A DNA stretch of 64,000 nucleotides from Macrostomum lignano (lineage: Eukaryota), in assembly GCA_002269645.1 (NCBI GenBank), contig NIVC01000017.1, positions 303,128-367,127 of the forward strand. Reading direction: 5' to 3'. The notes beneath the pieces are model-generated. The model saw nothing but the letters and a program-made list of their open reading frames with translations. It did not search any database and was not told the DNA's origin. Made by a program: the position numbers and the translations under genes. Shown here piece by piece: positions 1-12,200 of the stretch (within the stretch, counting starts at the first letter, position 1; each line of letters opens with the position of its first letter).

Positions 1-318
1 CGCCGAGCTGCGCAGCCGGCAAGACGCGGTGCTACTGGCGAGGCTCCGCTCGGGACACTGCAGCTTGCTCCGCGCCTGCTACAACCTCGTCAACCCCGCC
101 GCCGACCCGACCTGCCCGCGCTGTCAAGACGGTCCGGAGGACCTGGAGCACTGGCTCAGCTGTCCGGCCCTCCGGCCCACCAGGCTCTCAATATTCGACG
201 AGAATGAGTTGGGTCCCTCGATTCTGACCGCCGCCCCTGCGAGGTCAGTGGCGCTCGCGAGGCGCAGCCTTCTTTGACTGGCCTCGGCGCCTGTGCCCCT
301 GCAAAAAAAACAAGCAAA
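1..318 (+). mobile_element. 3' end of a non-LTR retrotransposon (C-terminal CCHC zinc-finger region, short 3' UTR, A-rich tail)
   Basis: ORF 29-277 reads LARLRSGHC...CPRCQDGPEDLEHWLSCPAL, the RLRxGH / C-x2-C-x8-H-x3-C motif typical of LINE ORF2 C-termini. Stop at 277 is followed by GCAAAAAAAAACAAGCAAAA. The element continues left of the window. Confidence 0.8.
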
Positions 319-735
319 AGCAGCAGCAGCATCGCTGCAGTGCAGGCATTGAGTACTCGGAGGCCTGACATCACAGAAGGCTCTGATGAAAATGGCCCTG
401 TGCCCTGACTGGCTTTTACGAGTATGTCAGCAGTTTCTTATTTATATTTTTTTATAAATGCCGCAGGAGCTGAGGGACGATGCAAAATAAACATTTCACG
501 TGTCGATTGCTCAGGCGGGGTAGCGAGAAACTCCAGACGAAAGTTCTATTGAAGAAACGATGCCACACAGTCTAGGTAATCTAGGCATCTCAGCTGGCTT
601 ATGCAATGGACATTGTAGTAAAACTTATTTTTGGCTTGGCGTGGGCGCCACACCCAGGCTAACTGTAAACAGACAGTCAGTGATTTCAATAGCTCGTAAG
701 AGATAAAACGCAATTGAATGTTTCCAAATTTAGAC
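310..735 (-). pseudogene. 5' fragment (promoter, 5' UTR, signal-peptide codons) of a paralog of the sphingomyelinase D-like gene, truncated by a LINE
   Basis: Minus strand from ATG at 371 reads MSGLRVLNACTAAMLLLLL versus MSGLRVLNICTAAMLLLLL at 15996. Colinear upstream matches: 486-510 vs 15860-15884 (25/25), 553-566 vs 15735-15748, 663-674 vs 15655-15666, 721-731 vs 15605-15615. Confidence 0.85.
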
Positions 736-999
736 TTAAGTCAAGTCAAGTCAAGTTAAAACTTAGCGAAGACTTAGCGTCTTGATTAACTGAAACATTT
801 TCCTTTTAACAGTGTCTAAAAATGTTTAACTATGCCGCTAATATCGACAAATTACCGGTAGCAAGTGTACCCGTGACGTATTCCCGATCCCTTGCCTCGC
901 TATTCCCAGATTTGGCTCTAAATCTCTGACTTGCAGTCTGTTGAGGAGATTGCCCGATGCATTGATAAGGACTGGCGCCCCATAGGTCATACCATTCTA

Positions 1000-2850
1000 A
1001 ATGTTTGACCTATAAATGAGCCTGAGCGCCAGGTGAGAGATCCTGGTATTGCGAGCAATTCTCTTCAAGGCGTTGAGCTTGGCAATAGTGATACCCACTG
1101 TCCTGGATACATGCTATTTGAAGTTGAGATCTCTGTCCAAAGTGACCCCAAGAAAAGCGACCATGCGAGTAGAGCTTTCCCAGGCAGGAAGTTAAGCTAA
1201 TCGGCGTGTAGTTCCTAATGACATGCATCGATTTTTTCGGTTTAGGAATTATCTTTATGATAGCTCTCTTCCATGCAGGCCTTGGGGAAAATGGCCTAAA
1301 AGAAAGCTAGCATCGAAAATTCTGGCAATGATTTTGACTGAATCTGGGCTAAGCCCACGCTTGAGTACTATACTGGGGATTTTGTCAGGACCGGGAGCAC
1401 CTCCGGATCTCAACTTTTTAGTCTCCATAAGAATGTCAATATCAAGGATGTTGAGAATGTCGGATTCTGTATCCTCCATATCGGGGTCATCAGGGTCGGC
1501 CGTGTCCCGGTGATAGGAGGGCTTTGTCATGGGGTCGAAAAATTTCATGGGACTCATTATTCTTGATTTCTTGGTACAACTTGGAGTTTCTATTTGGATG
1601 AGGCTGCGTTTGATTCTCGGGGAAATCTTGGAACAAATTAGCAGTCTTCTCTTTAGTTTCAGCAGAAATCTCTTTATAGCTAAGGGTATAGGGAACGAAA
1701 TGGGTTTAAGGATTCGCTTGTCATTTTTTATATCCACCCAGAACTGGTGAGGTTCCATTCTGTAAATAGTTTTCGCAACTTTTTTACACATCCTCAAATT
1801 TTCTGTATCGATGCATTCTAATTGCATATCTGCTTTCTTTGGCAGCTTGGTTGGTTTAAAACTCTAAAGTTGTCAATCCTAGTCTTTTATAGAGTTTTCT
1901 AAGCTTCCTTCTGTTTTTGATCTTACAGATGATTAGTCAGCTAGCGGCTCCCTTGGGTCACCTAAGGGGACAATTCTTCCATACCTTCAATGATTTTTCT
2001 CAGTAAGTTTTCAATGACAATGTCAAGATTCTCGGGAGTTGAGATTCGAGAGCAAATGAGACTACAGTTCTCAAGTTTGTCCTGAAGGGCATATCTAAAG
2101 GATTCCTAATCAGTATGCCAGAAGCTCTTGAGAGGTTAAGGGGCCTGTTTGGAGTTGTGGTCCAGATAGAGCTTAAGAAACTATAGGGACATGGTCACTG
2201 TCCTTACCCACCAGAACCTCACTGCACTGACAAGTTGGACTTTGGGAGAACAGATGCCCAGGTCAAGGCCATTTCCCACTGAATTACCACGACTATTGTT
2301 AATTCTGGTGCAGTCACCGTAACAATCGAGAGGAGCAGTAGGGTCGCGGTGGTTTTCCAACCATTCATACAGTTGTTTTCCAGGAAAATTGCCAGCGCTG
2401 TCACCGCCCAGCATGGGATTGTCGGCAATTTAGGTCACCCATCACAATCGACTTGGGGTAAGCTAGTAGTGTTGCTCAAGGATCTCCAGATTAATTCTGT
2501 CAGGATAGGGGGCCCTGTACAAAATGACACCTGCAGGATGTCAATAGCTTTATTATTGAGTTTAACATCAAGGCAACTAAATTCGTTGATATATTTGTCT
2601 AAATACTTCTTAATGCTTGAAATTTTTAGGGTATGTTTATAGGCAGCTGCCAGTCCTCTGCGACATTCAGGGATATAAATACCTGATAATGGCATATAGC
2701 TATTTAAAAAAAATTATCAACTTTGGTATATTAAGCCCAGACGTTTCTGAGAAAAGACCAATGTCGATATCTTCATTGTACAACCACAGTTTTATTTCAT
2801 AAATCTTGTTACCCAGCTTGTTAACAAGTAGCATTCCGGAAGAGGGCAAA
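1000..2850 (-). mobile_element. Degenerate LINE (APE endonuclease plus start of reverse transcriptase), frameshifted and truncated
   Basis: Broken minus-strand ORFs give NKLGNKIYEIKLWLYNEDIDIGLFSET (APE N-terminus), GNGLDLGI (xLDL motif), LRSGGAPGPDKIPSIVLK (KAPGPDGI-like) and NYTPISLTSCLGKLY (NYRPISL motif). Confidence 0.8.
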
Positions 2851-2882
2851 GTACAAGCTGTGCTTTTTTCTGAAACCCGCAG

Positions 2883-3512
2883 GAGCACGGCACCATTGTT
2901 GGCTACCCGGGTGCTCAGGAATTCCAGCCAGCCGGAGACCTGCTGTTCGCCGAGTGCGATATTCTGATCCCAGCCGCTGTGGAAGGCGTCCTGCACCGGG
3001 ACAACGCCGACCGAGTGCTGGCCAAGTTGGTTGTGGAAGGTGCCAACGGCCCAACAACAGTGGAGGCGGACAGGATCCTGCAGTCCAAGGGAGTCCTGGT
3101 GCTGCCTGACCTGTTTGCCAACGCTGGCGGAGTGACCGTCTCCTATTTCGAATGGCTGAAGAACCTCAACCACGTGAGCTACGGCCGACTGATGCTCAAG
3201 TACGAGAAGGACTCCAATTATCACCTGTTGCGCAGCGTTCAAGAGTCGCTGGAGCGCAAGTTCAGCAAGAAGCAGCAGGGCTCCGAGATCCCCATCACGC
3301 CTAGCCCCGAGTACGAGCTCCGGATGGCGGGCGCCGGCGAGAAGGACATCGTGAGCTCCGGCCTGGACTGGACGATGAACAAGGCCGCCAGAGAGATGAT
3401 GCACACGGCAGCCAAGTACAATCTGGGCTGGGACCTGCGCACCGCGGCCTATGCCACTGCTATTGAGAAGGTCTTCTGGGTGTACACAATGTCCGGGCTT
3501 ATCTTTGTGTAG
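2883..3512 (+). CDS. GLUD1: Glutamate dehydrogenase (animal type), terminal exon only; upstream exons not found in the window
   Basis: Acceptor ccgcag| at 2882, then [10 protein letters not shown]...ECDILIPAA...EGANGPTT...[24 protein letters not shown]...[15 protein letters not shown]. This matches the animal GDH C-terminus including the antenna region. Stop at 3510-3512. Confidence 0.93.
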   Translation, partial: EHGTIVGYPGAQEFQPAGDLLFAECDILIPAAVEGVLHRDNADRVLAKLVVEGANGPTTVEADRILQSKGVLVLPDLFANAGGVTVSYFEWLKNLNHVSYGRLMLKYEKDSNYHLLRSVQESLERKFSKKQQGSEIPITPSPEYELRMAGAGEKDIVSSGLDWTMNKAAREMMHTAAKYNLGWDLRTAAYATAIEKVFWVYTMSGLIFV

Positions 3513-4027
3513 CCATTCTGCTGGATAACAGACCTGACTAAGAGACCTGCGTTTGCTACTCCCCGATCGATATCTTAGGAGAGGAGCAATGAGAAATCAG
3601 AGCATGAAATGCACTTTGTTAGTTTAGAAGCAACCGTTCTGATTGGCCTAAATTAACGAACTTTAGTGTTAGAAGATATCCATCAGTTCATCAGCTTTTT
3701 GTCTAAAGTATGCGGTGTATTTTCTTGCGGAATAACCCACTAAAAAGGTACGATTTTTTGTTCATTAGATCTCGCCTTTACTTCAAGAATAGGTGTGTAT
3801 ATTTAAGTTAAAATAAAAACTATTTAAATAAAGTTCATAGCAAGTTACGTTTTCAAATAAAGTGAATTTTAATTTTAGTCTGACACCATATTTGACCTTT
3901 ACTGACACTTTAGAGAGGGAGACTCATAGATAAACGGTCTCTCAGTGGTTTATTATCTGACACAAGTTGACTTCGCTTGCACACAGTGCCAGCCGGTGCC
4001 AGGCTGGGGGCGAAGTCCTCCGAGGCC

Positions 4028-5924
4028 TCACTCAGCCTGAGCATACTCATTGCCAATTTTCACTACGTCAACCTCGGGTCGGACTTTCTCGTACAGCCTG
4101 GGGAAGGCGCCCTCGGCGTGGTACATCTTTCGCGCCCGGTTGTAGGCCTCCAGGTCGAACATCTCGTTGAACTCCTCCTCGGTGAGGAAGATGTCAGCGT
4201 ACAGGAAGCTGTAGCCGCCCACTTTGCGGATGAAGGCCTCCATAGCGCGCATGCTCTCAACCGGGTTGTAGTAACCGCGCTTTCGCCTCACCGGTCCCGG
4301 GGTGCCGTAGACGCCCAGATCGTAGAACATGCCGTAGTTCGCGCCCGGGCACATCTGGTCGGATTTTGGCGACCTTAGCTGGCCCCGGTTGCTGGGGCCA
4401 TGGTCGTAGATTCGGCAAGGATAAATCAGGACAGGATAAGTGTCGAATAGCTTCTCAGACAGGTCGATGGACTCCTCTAGCACTGTCATTGGAAGCACGA
4501 TGTCTTGGAACACCTGCTTGGAGAATGTCATCGCCCGGATGCCAGGGGTGGTGGTGAACTTCAAGAAGGCCGGCTTTGGCGGGCAGAGCCAGCCGAGGAA
4601 CAGGCGGAACACGGGATGGTTGCCAAACGGGATCATGGACTCCAGCACCCAGAAGATGGCTCTATTGTGCCGCAGTAGGTAGTCGCGCAGTGGGATGTAC
4701 TCATCGGACTCTCCCTTGGTCAGGAACGTCTCAACGTGCTTATAGAACCAGGGCTTGTACCAGCGCGTCACATGGTTGACCTTGGCGGCCTTCTCCGGGG
4801 TGTCCACCTTGGCGAAGTTGCCAACCATGATGACGGCGCTGTCCCGATCGAACACGGTGGCTTCCAGGTAGTCGGGCAGTTTAGCGTCCTTGTCCAGAGC
4901 ACCGCTGAGCTCGCGCATCCGGTCGCAGTACTGCTTCTGGCCGCGGACTGGGATGTAGCGCATGTGTACGAACTGCTTGACTGGGATGATCTGCAGCTCC
5001 AGGGCGACAAGAAAGCCCAGGGTGCCGTGCGACCACGGCAGGCAGTAGTACAGGTCCTTGTGCTCGTTGTCTGCTGTAGCTCGGACCAGGCTGCCGTCGC
5101 CAAGGACAACATCGTAGCTGACGATGGTCTCCTGGTACAGGCCGACCCGGTGACTGTATGTTGTCATGCCAACGCCGAGAGCCAAACCGCCGCAAGTTGC
5201 GTCGCTAATCTCCAAGGTGACAGCCAAGGTGTAGCCGCGCGGAATCAAATATCGAGTGATATCGCCAACAGTAACCATGGGCTCCACTCGGACAACCATG
5301 CGTTCGGTGTCCAAATGCAGGATGTCGTACAGATCCACGGGTATGCGATGGCATTCGGACTTCTTGAAGAAGGTGGTGGACAGCGACAGCCAGTTGGGCC
5401 GGCTGGTGCACATCGGGCGTCGGCTGGCCGCGTCCTGCTTGTTCCAGTCGCCAACTCGGCGCTGAATCTGACGGACTCGAGCGTCGTGTCGTTCCGGCGC
5501 GCTGAGCAGAGTCCGCTGGAACCATTTGTAGAGGCTCAGGCCGGTGTCGAATATGAAGGAGGCCGGCAGGCAGAAAAGCACAATCACCAGGCCGCGGTTG
5601 TCCTCCAGCCAGCGGATGAGGCGCTTCTTGAGGCCGGGCGGCTGCGGCGACCGGGGTTGAAGAATTTTTTAATTAAAATAATCAAACCTATTATTATTTG
5701 GCATTCTATTATATTTATGCATTCAGGGCGATGGCTTTAGGGAACGATGATCTCAGGGGCCTGGGGGAAGGGCGCGCTTTCACAAGCTCGAAATTTCATA
5801 TTGATTTGAAGCCTTCGGAAAGACTTGTTAAAATGCTAGTCACTCCTGTTAGTGTTTAGCCTTGCCTTGGGAATGATTGCCACGTACTTATCAAAGCACT
5901 CACCAACAAGTCGAACGGGTTCAT
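4028..5924 (-). CDS. DHCR24: Delta(24)-sterol reductase-like FAD-dependent oxidoreductase, 2 exons, ~544 aa
   Basis: Exon 1 5924-5904 (MNPFDLL|gtgagt). Exon 2 5641-4028 after gccgcag| (PPGLKKRLIRWLEDNRGLVIVLF...). Motifs VRVEPMVTVG, GGLALGVGMTTYSHRVGLY, DLYYCLPWSHGTLGFLV, WYKPWFYKHV, IPFGNHPVFR match DHCR24/DWF1. The track's start at 5587 is a GTG. Confidence 0.9.
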
Positions 5925-7072
5925 TCTGCGGAAAGTTTTTTACTGGATTAGTTCTTTATTTGACCAATAAATGCGCTATTCTAATAGGGCTTTAAAATGT
6001 CACTAGCTAATAAACAGTTTCAAAGCGAGGGCTTTTCACTAAGGCAAAGCCCCTATCTTTTATAATGGAATTACTCGTCCTTTGCTTACTGTACTAGAGA
6101 ATCGGGGCAGAGAGAGGGGGAATGGCTTTTTGGGTTCATACGCGCGGTCTTGGTGTACACACAGTCCACTAACGTACATTGGTAATAAAACCCTATCTAG
6201 ACTATATAAATATATACAGTGTACACTAAAACAGTTTGGCAGTGTACATTTGAATAAAGCCAACGAATCTAGAAGTAAGAGTGCAAATAGCGGCTGGCTA
6301 TCACGTGAGTAGAGTGTGGCGGCACAGTCTGCTTCTTTAGTGGTCAGATTCAAAGCTCTAATCAACGTTTACGTTGTTAATAAATTTTCATTCATTTTCT
6401 TAGAAGCTTTTTTGTTAATTGAATGACAGTCGTAATATAAACGAATAAAAAATTAAATAGCAAGCTTCAATAATCTTGTCTGTTATTAGAAAGTTAAGCG
6501 GACAAAAGCTTATAGACTGAATTGTCGATCGGTCTTCATTTATTAAAAATATTCATTTTTACATTAAAAAAGCACGATTTATTCATTCGTCTCATCAATC
6601 ACGTAATCATTTTGTTTCATTAGCACAATTACAAGTTAATAAAGGTGCATTAAACACGAAGGTAAAATATCGAGAGCTAATTGAAGCAAAGCTTGAACAC
6701 CAAAACTTTTAAAACTTTAAGGATCAATGGGACAGGGAAGTCAGGCAAGCCGTATTAAAAGCAAAAATTGTCGGCAACTATATAATAAAAGACGGTGATA
6801 ATTGTACATTGCACTTTAGACTAAGAGTATTATTGAAAAGCGCAACTTTTACTAGTTTCTTCACAAGCTCACATAAAAATTTATAAAAGTATGCAGCATA
6901 CTAGTCGGGGCGAAATTTATGTGTAGTACGAAAATAGGGTTTGAAAAGTGTTCGTGAAAAATTATGGGTTTTGCTTTTAATAGCTGAACTAATATCCGTT
7001 TGACACTACTTACATAAAATCGATCAGTAGGCAAGTCAAGAGGCTTTACCAGAATACCAGACGCTTTTAGAA

Positions 7073-9283
7073 TCACACGGACACGGCAAGGCGTTGCGAC
7101 TGCGGCAGTCGAGGCGGCACCGGTGGCGGCTGCTGAGGAATCGCCAGCGTTACCGCGCCGACCGACAGGATGACTGGCTGAGGTTGCGGAGCTCGCCGAT
7201 CAACATCGTCAGCGACGAAGCTGTCCAATGGCTGCAAACGACGTCGGCAGCATCGGTCAGCCAGGCGGCGGTGGCGCCAGTAGCTGAAGCAGATGTAGGC
7301 CAGGGCGATGCCCAGGTTTGCCGAGGCTATACCGACGAAGATGATTCTCTGCATCCGGCGCTGCGGGCTTGACGGCGGCTGCTGAGTTGGCGTTGAAGGA
7401 CTCGCCGTCGACGTACCGGATTGCTGCTCTGCAGCCGAGTCGGCTGCGTTGGCTTCGAAAAAGAGCACGAAGATAATCACGATGGCGAATGTGAGAAACA
7501 GGGCGTACACGATGAAGGGGACTTCATTCGAGCAGGTTGCCACGCTTATCCGCTTGCAGAGTCCGCCGTCGCCTCCATCGATAACTTCGTTCTCTAAGCC
7601 GGTCGGCTGACGGCAGATCTCGCAGGCGCTCAGGCCCCTGGCAAGGTAGTAGCGTCGGTAGCAACTGGAGCACACGTGGCGTACGCTGCCAGTGCAGGCG
7701 CATCGCAGGCGGTGCAGCGGCGGTCGCTGACTGAAGCGCGGCTGCCTCCGCTGGCAGTCGGGGCAGAACAGGCGGCAGCAGCAGCCGCGGGAGCAGCCGG
7801 CATCGGCTGCCAGCAGTTCAGCCACCGAGCTGCGACAGATTCGGCACTCGTCTGTTTCCTCCGTCTGCGTTGGGAGGATTTAATGAGGAATCGCCAGGGG
7901 TCATGGGGTCACAAGTCACATCACATGTTCACAAACGGGACATCACCTGTTAGATAAAAGGGGATATCACCTGTTAGATAAAGGGGATATCACCTGTTAG
8001 ATAAAGGGGATATCATATGTTAGATAAAAGAGGATATCACCTGTTAGATAAAGGGGATATCACATGTTAGATAAAGGGGATATCACCTGTTAGATAAAGG
8101 GGATATCACCTGTTAGATAAAGGGGATATCACATGTTAGATAAAGGTAGATAAAGGATATCACCTGTTAGATAAAGGGGATATCACCTGTTAGATAAAGG
8201 GGATATCACCTGTTAGATAAAGGGACATCACCTGTTAGATAAAGGGACATCACCTGTTAGATAAAGGGGATATCACATGTTAGATAAAGGGGATATCACC
8301 TGTTAGATAAAGGGGATATCACCTGTTAGATAAAGGGGATATCACCTGTTAGATAAAGGATATCACCTGTTAGATAAAGGGGATATCACCTGTTAGATAA
8401 AGGGGATATCACCTGTTAGATAAAGGGACATCACCTGTTAGATAAAGGGGATATCACCTGTTAGATAAAGGGGATATCACCTGTTAGATAAAGGGATATC
8501 ACCTGTTAGATAAAGGGGATATCACATGTTAGATAAAGGGGATATCACCTGTTAGATAAAAGGGATATCACCTGTTAGATAAAAGGGATATCACATGTTA
8601 GATAAAGGATATCACCTGTTAGATAAAGGGGATATCACCTGTTAGATAAAGGGGATATCACATGTTAGATAAAGGGGATATCACCTGTTAGATAAAAGGG
8701 ATATCACCTGTTAGATAAAGGGGATATCACCTGTTAGATAAAGGGATATCACCTGTTAGATAAAGGGGATATCACATTTTAGATAAAGGGGATATCACCT
8801 GTTAGATAAAAGGGATATCACCTGTTAGATAAAAGGGATATCACATGTTAGATAAAGGGGATATCACCTGTTAGATAAAGGGGATATCACCTGTTAGATA
8901 AAGGGGATATCACCTGTTAGATAAAGGGGATATCACCTGTTAGATAAAGAGGATATCACCTGTTAGATAAAGGGAATATCACCTGTTAGATAAAGGGGAT
9001 ATCACCTGTTAGATAAAGGGGATATCACCTGTTAGAAAAGGGTCCATAAGCTGTCAGACAAAGGACAGAGCATAAATTTCAAGAGATATTAGCTCTATCT
9101 CTAGAGTGTCTATATCTCAGTCTATCTTTATCCCTATGCTATTTCTAGAACTTTATGGGGCAGAGCATCACCTGTCAGTCAAATAGCCCTGCCCCTAAGC
9201 GCTGTCAGGAACACAAAGTTACACACCTGTTCATCGAATGCCGCTGTCTCCTCCACCGCATCACTAGCCGCTGACTCCATCAT
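7073..9283 (-). CDS. MARCH-like RING-variant membrane protein (putative E3 ligase), 2 exons, ~282 aa
   Basis: Exon 1 9283-9227 (MMESAASDAVEETAAFDEQ|gtgtgt, phase 0). Exon 2 7864-7073 after aacgcag| begins TEETDECRIC, then CACTGSVRHVCSSC...CEIC and two hydrophobic segments (FIVYALFLTFAIVIIFVLFF; IIFVGIASANLGIALAYICF). Exon 1 is inferred from phase match and the donor. Confidence 0.75.
7937..9040. repeat. Minisatellite, ~23-bp unit ATATCACCTGTTAGATAAAGGGG, ~48 copies, in the MARCH-like intron
   Basis: Directly visible tandem array with 21-23 bp unit variants. Confidence 0.97.
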
Positions 9284-12200
9284 TTATTAATATGTTAAAA
9301 TAAAGGTCACAGTTATTAACAACTAAAAGTGCTATAATTGTCTTGGTGCGTATGAACTAATTATTTGATCATGGCAGACATAAAAGTGAGAAATTGACTG
9401 AGGTAATATAAGTGCTTTTGCACCTTGGCAGTAAGCTAGCTATATTTAAGTCAGATATTTATTGAGTGGAGGGTTGGCGTAATTATAGCTTTATTGATTC
9501 CACTGAGGTTGTTGTGCAATGTACATAGAGATTAAATGTGCATGTACTTGCGTGTACTGTTTCAAAGTTGCAAGAAAATTGCAAAATATCGCACAATATA
9601 ATGTGATTCACACTTCACAGCTTGAAGTTTTTCATTCAGAAAATTAGGGTTCTATGCTAATTTTTTATTCTACTTTGATATTAAAAAATGCATTAAAAAA
9701 CAATGAAAACGGGGCGGAAGCTTCAATCCATTCAATCTTCGCCCTCCGCTCTTCCCAATCCCTCCTCACCCCTCCCAATAGTTTTTTCGGTGACTTCTAA
9801 AGTGAAATTTAGGATCACAGAAGCAGTAACAGTGAGTGCTTTATGTTTTTATCTTGCTTTTCTCGTTCGTTTGTTATAGTTTGCCGTTCAGATGACCGCC
9901 TTGGCTGATTCTGGCAACAGTTGGCCATAGACATATTGCCGGATGGCTAATGCTTTGTGTATTGGCCAAGGATGAAGAAATAGAAAGGATCGCTCATCTA
10001 AAAGCGAGTCTATGGCCAAAACCTACTAAAAATTGGGATATTCCCCCATGAATTTCATTGGCTGATGGAATTTAATAATAGTTCCCTCCTAAGTTCTTAC
10101 TGGCTGAAGCTTGTATCTATGTTTATTGTACTACAGCCTAGCATGCACGCTAATTGTGACTTTGGAATTTCCTCCTCGTCCATGGTATTGGCTTGCCAAA
10201 ATGTTTAGTCACTTTTATTCAAATTATTCAAGACGCAAAGTCTAGGGTTAACATTATAATTATACTTTGACCCAGACGCAATGAAAAAATATACATTTTT
10301 GCAATCAATTTCGTCGTTTTTGCGTTCAATTTCGGCGCGAGCGCTAGTGTGCAGTCCAAACAACTGAGCCATAGACGGGTCGTTCTCAAAGCTAGGTCAC
10401 AACTTTTTGTTATTGCAAAAAAAGTTTATACATCGACCAATAATCGTACAAAAAAAATTATTTCGACAATTTCTGTAAGAAGCTGCTACTAAAACCACAA
10501 GAAAACTTGAAATTGAGAAGAAATCAAGGCTATTTGTTATTCTTTGTTGCGGAAAATAAACGACAAAAATATTAAAGAGAAAATAAAATTTTCTTCTATT
10601 TTTATTTTAAATATGCAGTTAAATTTCTTTTGCAAAAATAAAAGAACAAGAAATTGACAAAGGAAATGTTTTTGAGCACAGCATTTTGTTACTCTGCTCT
10701 AAATCCCAGACATTTAAAATTATCGTGTGCGAAAAAGTGCGAAATTATTATAGCATGCACTCGAAAGGACTTCGATCAGTTTAACTAATCACTGAATTAA
10801 GAAGTCTAAATAAGTCTTGAAAAGTTGAATTAAAAATCAAGTTTTCACTATGTATCTTTTCAAAGTCAAGATGATTCGACAAATAAAGAATGTTCATTTT
10901 TACGGTGAATAGAATTGTTCATTTTTACATTAAATATAATAAAATCTAACTAATAATAGAAAAAGTCAGGGAACTATCCTTGAACACCAAAAAGCACATT
11001 GTGGATTTAATATCAACTGCATGTTCCTTAATAAAGGAATTCGGATTCTAGTATATATTTGATTATTTGTAGCATAATTTCTGAAAACTATAACTTGCTT
11101 GATTTTACTTTAAGTACTTATTACATTAATACTTATACCAAAGCTGCATGTACTTAAAATAAAAAATTATAGTTACTTATTAGACATTTTACTCCAATTA
11201 ACTTAAAATAATTCAAATTTATTTTAATCAATTCATTTTTTGAAACTTTTTGGAAAATAGACAAAATTGAATTATTTAATTACCAAAAACCTACTAGCTT
11301 AACTAAAATAGCAGTTAGTCTTTAAAAAAAGATTTCACTTGTTAATTGAGAAAAATGAGGGTGTGCGAGGTGTAAAAATGCGAAAGAGCATGCAGGAAAC
11401 AGAGACAAACAAAAATGTAGGTAAAAGACACTGCACATGCACATAATATGATAACCAGACATAATGCGCACACTGAAACACCAGTAGCAATGACGCCCAA
11501 GCTTTTGATGATCACAAGCGAAAAGGCAAAACCCAGCCATCAATCAAAGAAGTAGACTATAGCACGCATCTTGAGTGCATCACGCATTTTTTGCAGAGAA
11601 GCTCGAAAATTAACATTGTATTCTGTGTACAACCACCAACTGCGACAGGGTCTGCCGGGGATTTGTGGGCACGCGGTCGCGGATACAAATCGGAGGAGTC
11701 GCTGACCATTCTGAAATTACTAGCTAGTACATGTAATTTTGTGTATTAATATATTTAGCCCGCTTTATTTCTATGCTCTCGTCCGCCTCTCGTTAATGCA
11801 TCCCCAGACTCATGGAATAATCAAACTTATGATCGAACTATGCATGGCTTCCGTCCCTCGCTTTGAATCTCTCACCTCCCCATAGTTCCATCAACCTTAC
11901 CGTAGTGGCTTCCTATGCAAAAATCATCCCTCCGCATCTTACACAGGCTACTTCAGGCTGTAGACTGTACTACACTATTAATTAGTTGCGCTAAGGAATC
12001 TACATGTATTTTGCTCGCAGCGCAACGCGCTGCTCAAAGAAGTTTAGATCTATCTAGATATTCTAGTAATTTCAGGTTTGTCCATAGACTAGAGCTCATG
12101 AGATGAGAATTCCATTAACTAGTACATTTAATATGAATGAACTGCGTGTGTGTGTGCTGTGCATACATATGTATAATATACGAGTAGTTTATGGGCCAAA

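Noticed and set aside
4736-5740. 334-aa plus-strand ORF, and similar long antisense ORFs over GDH, PLD, TM9SF1 and MEIOB
   Set aside because: Shadow ORFs opposite GC-rich coding exons, with no recognisable motifs.
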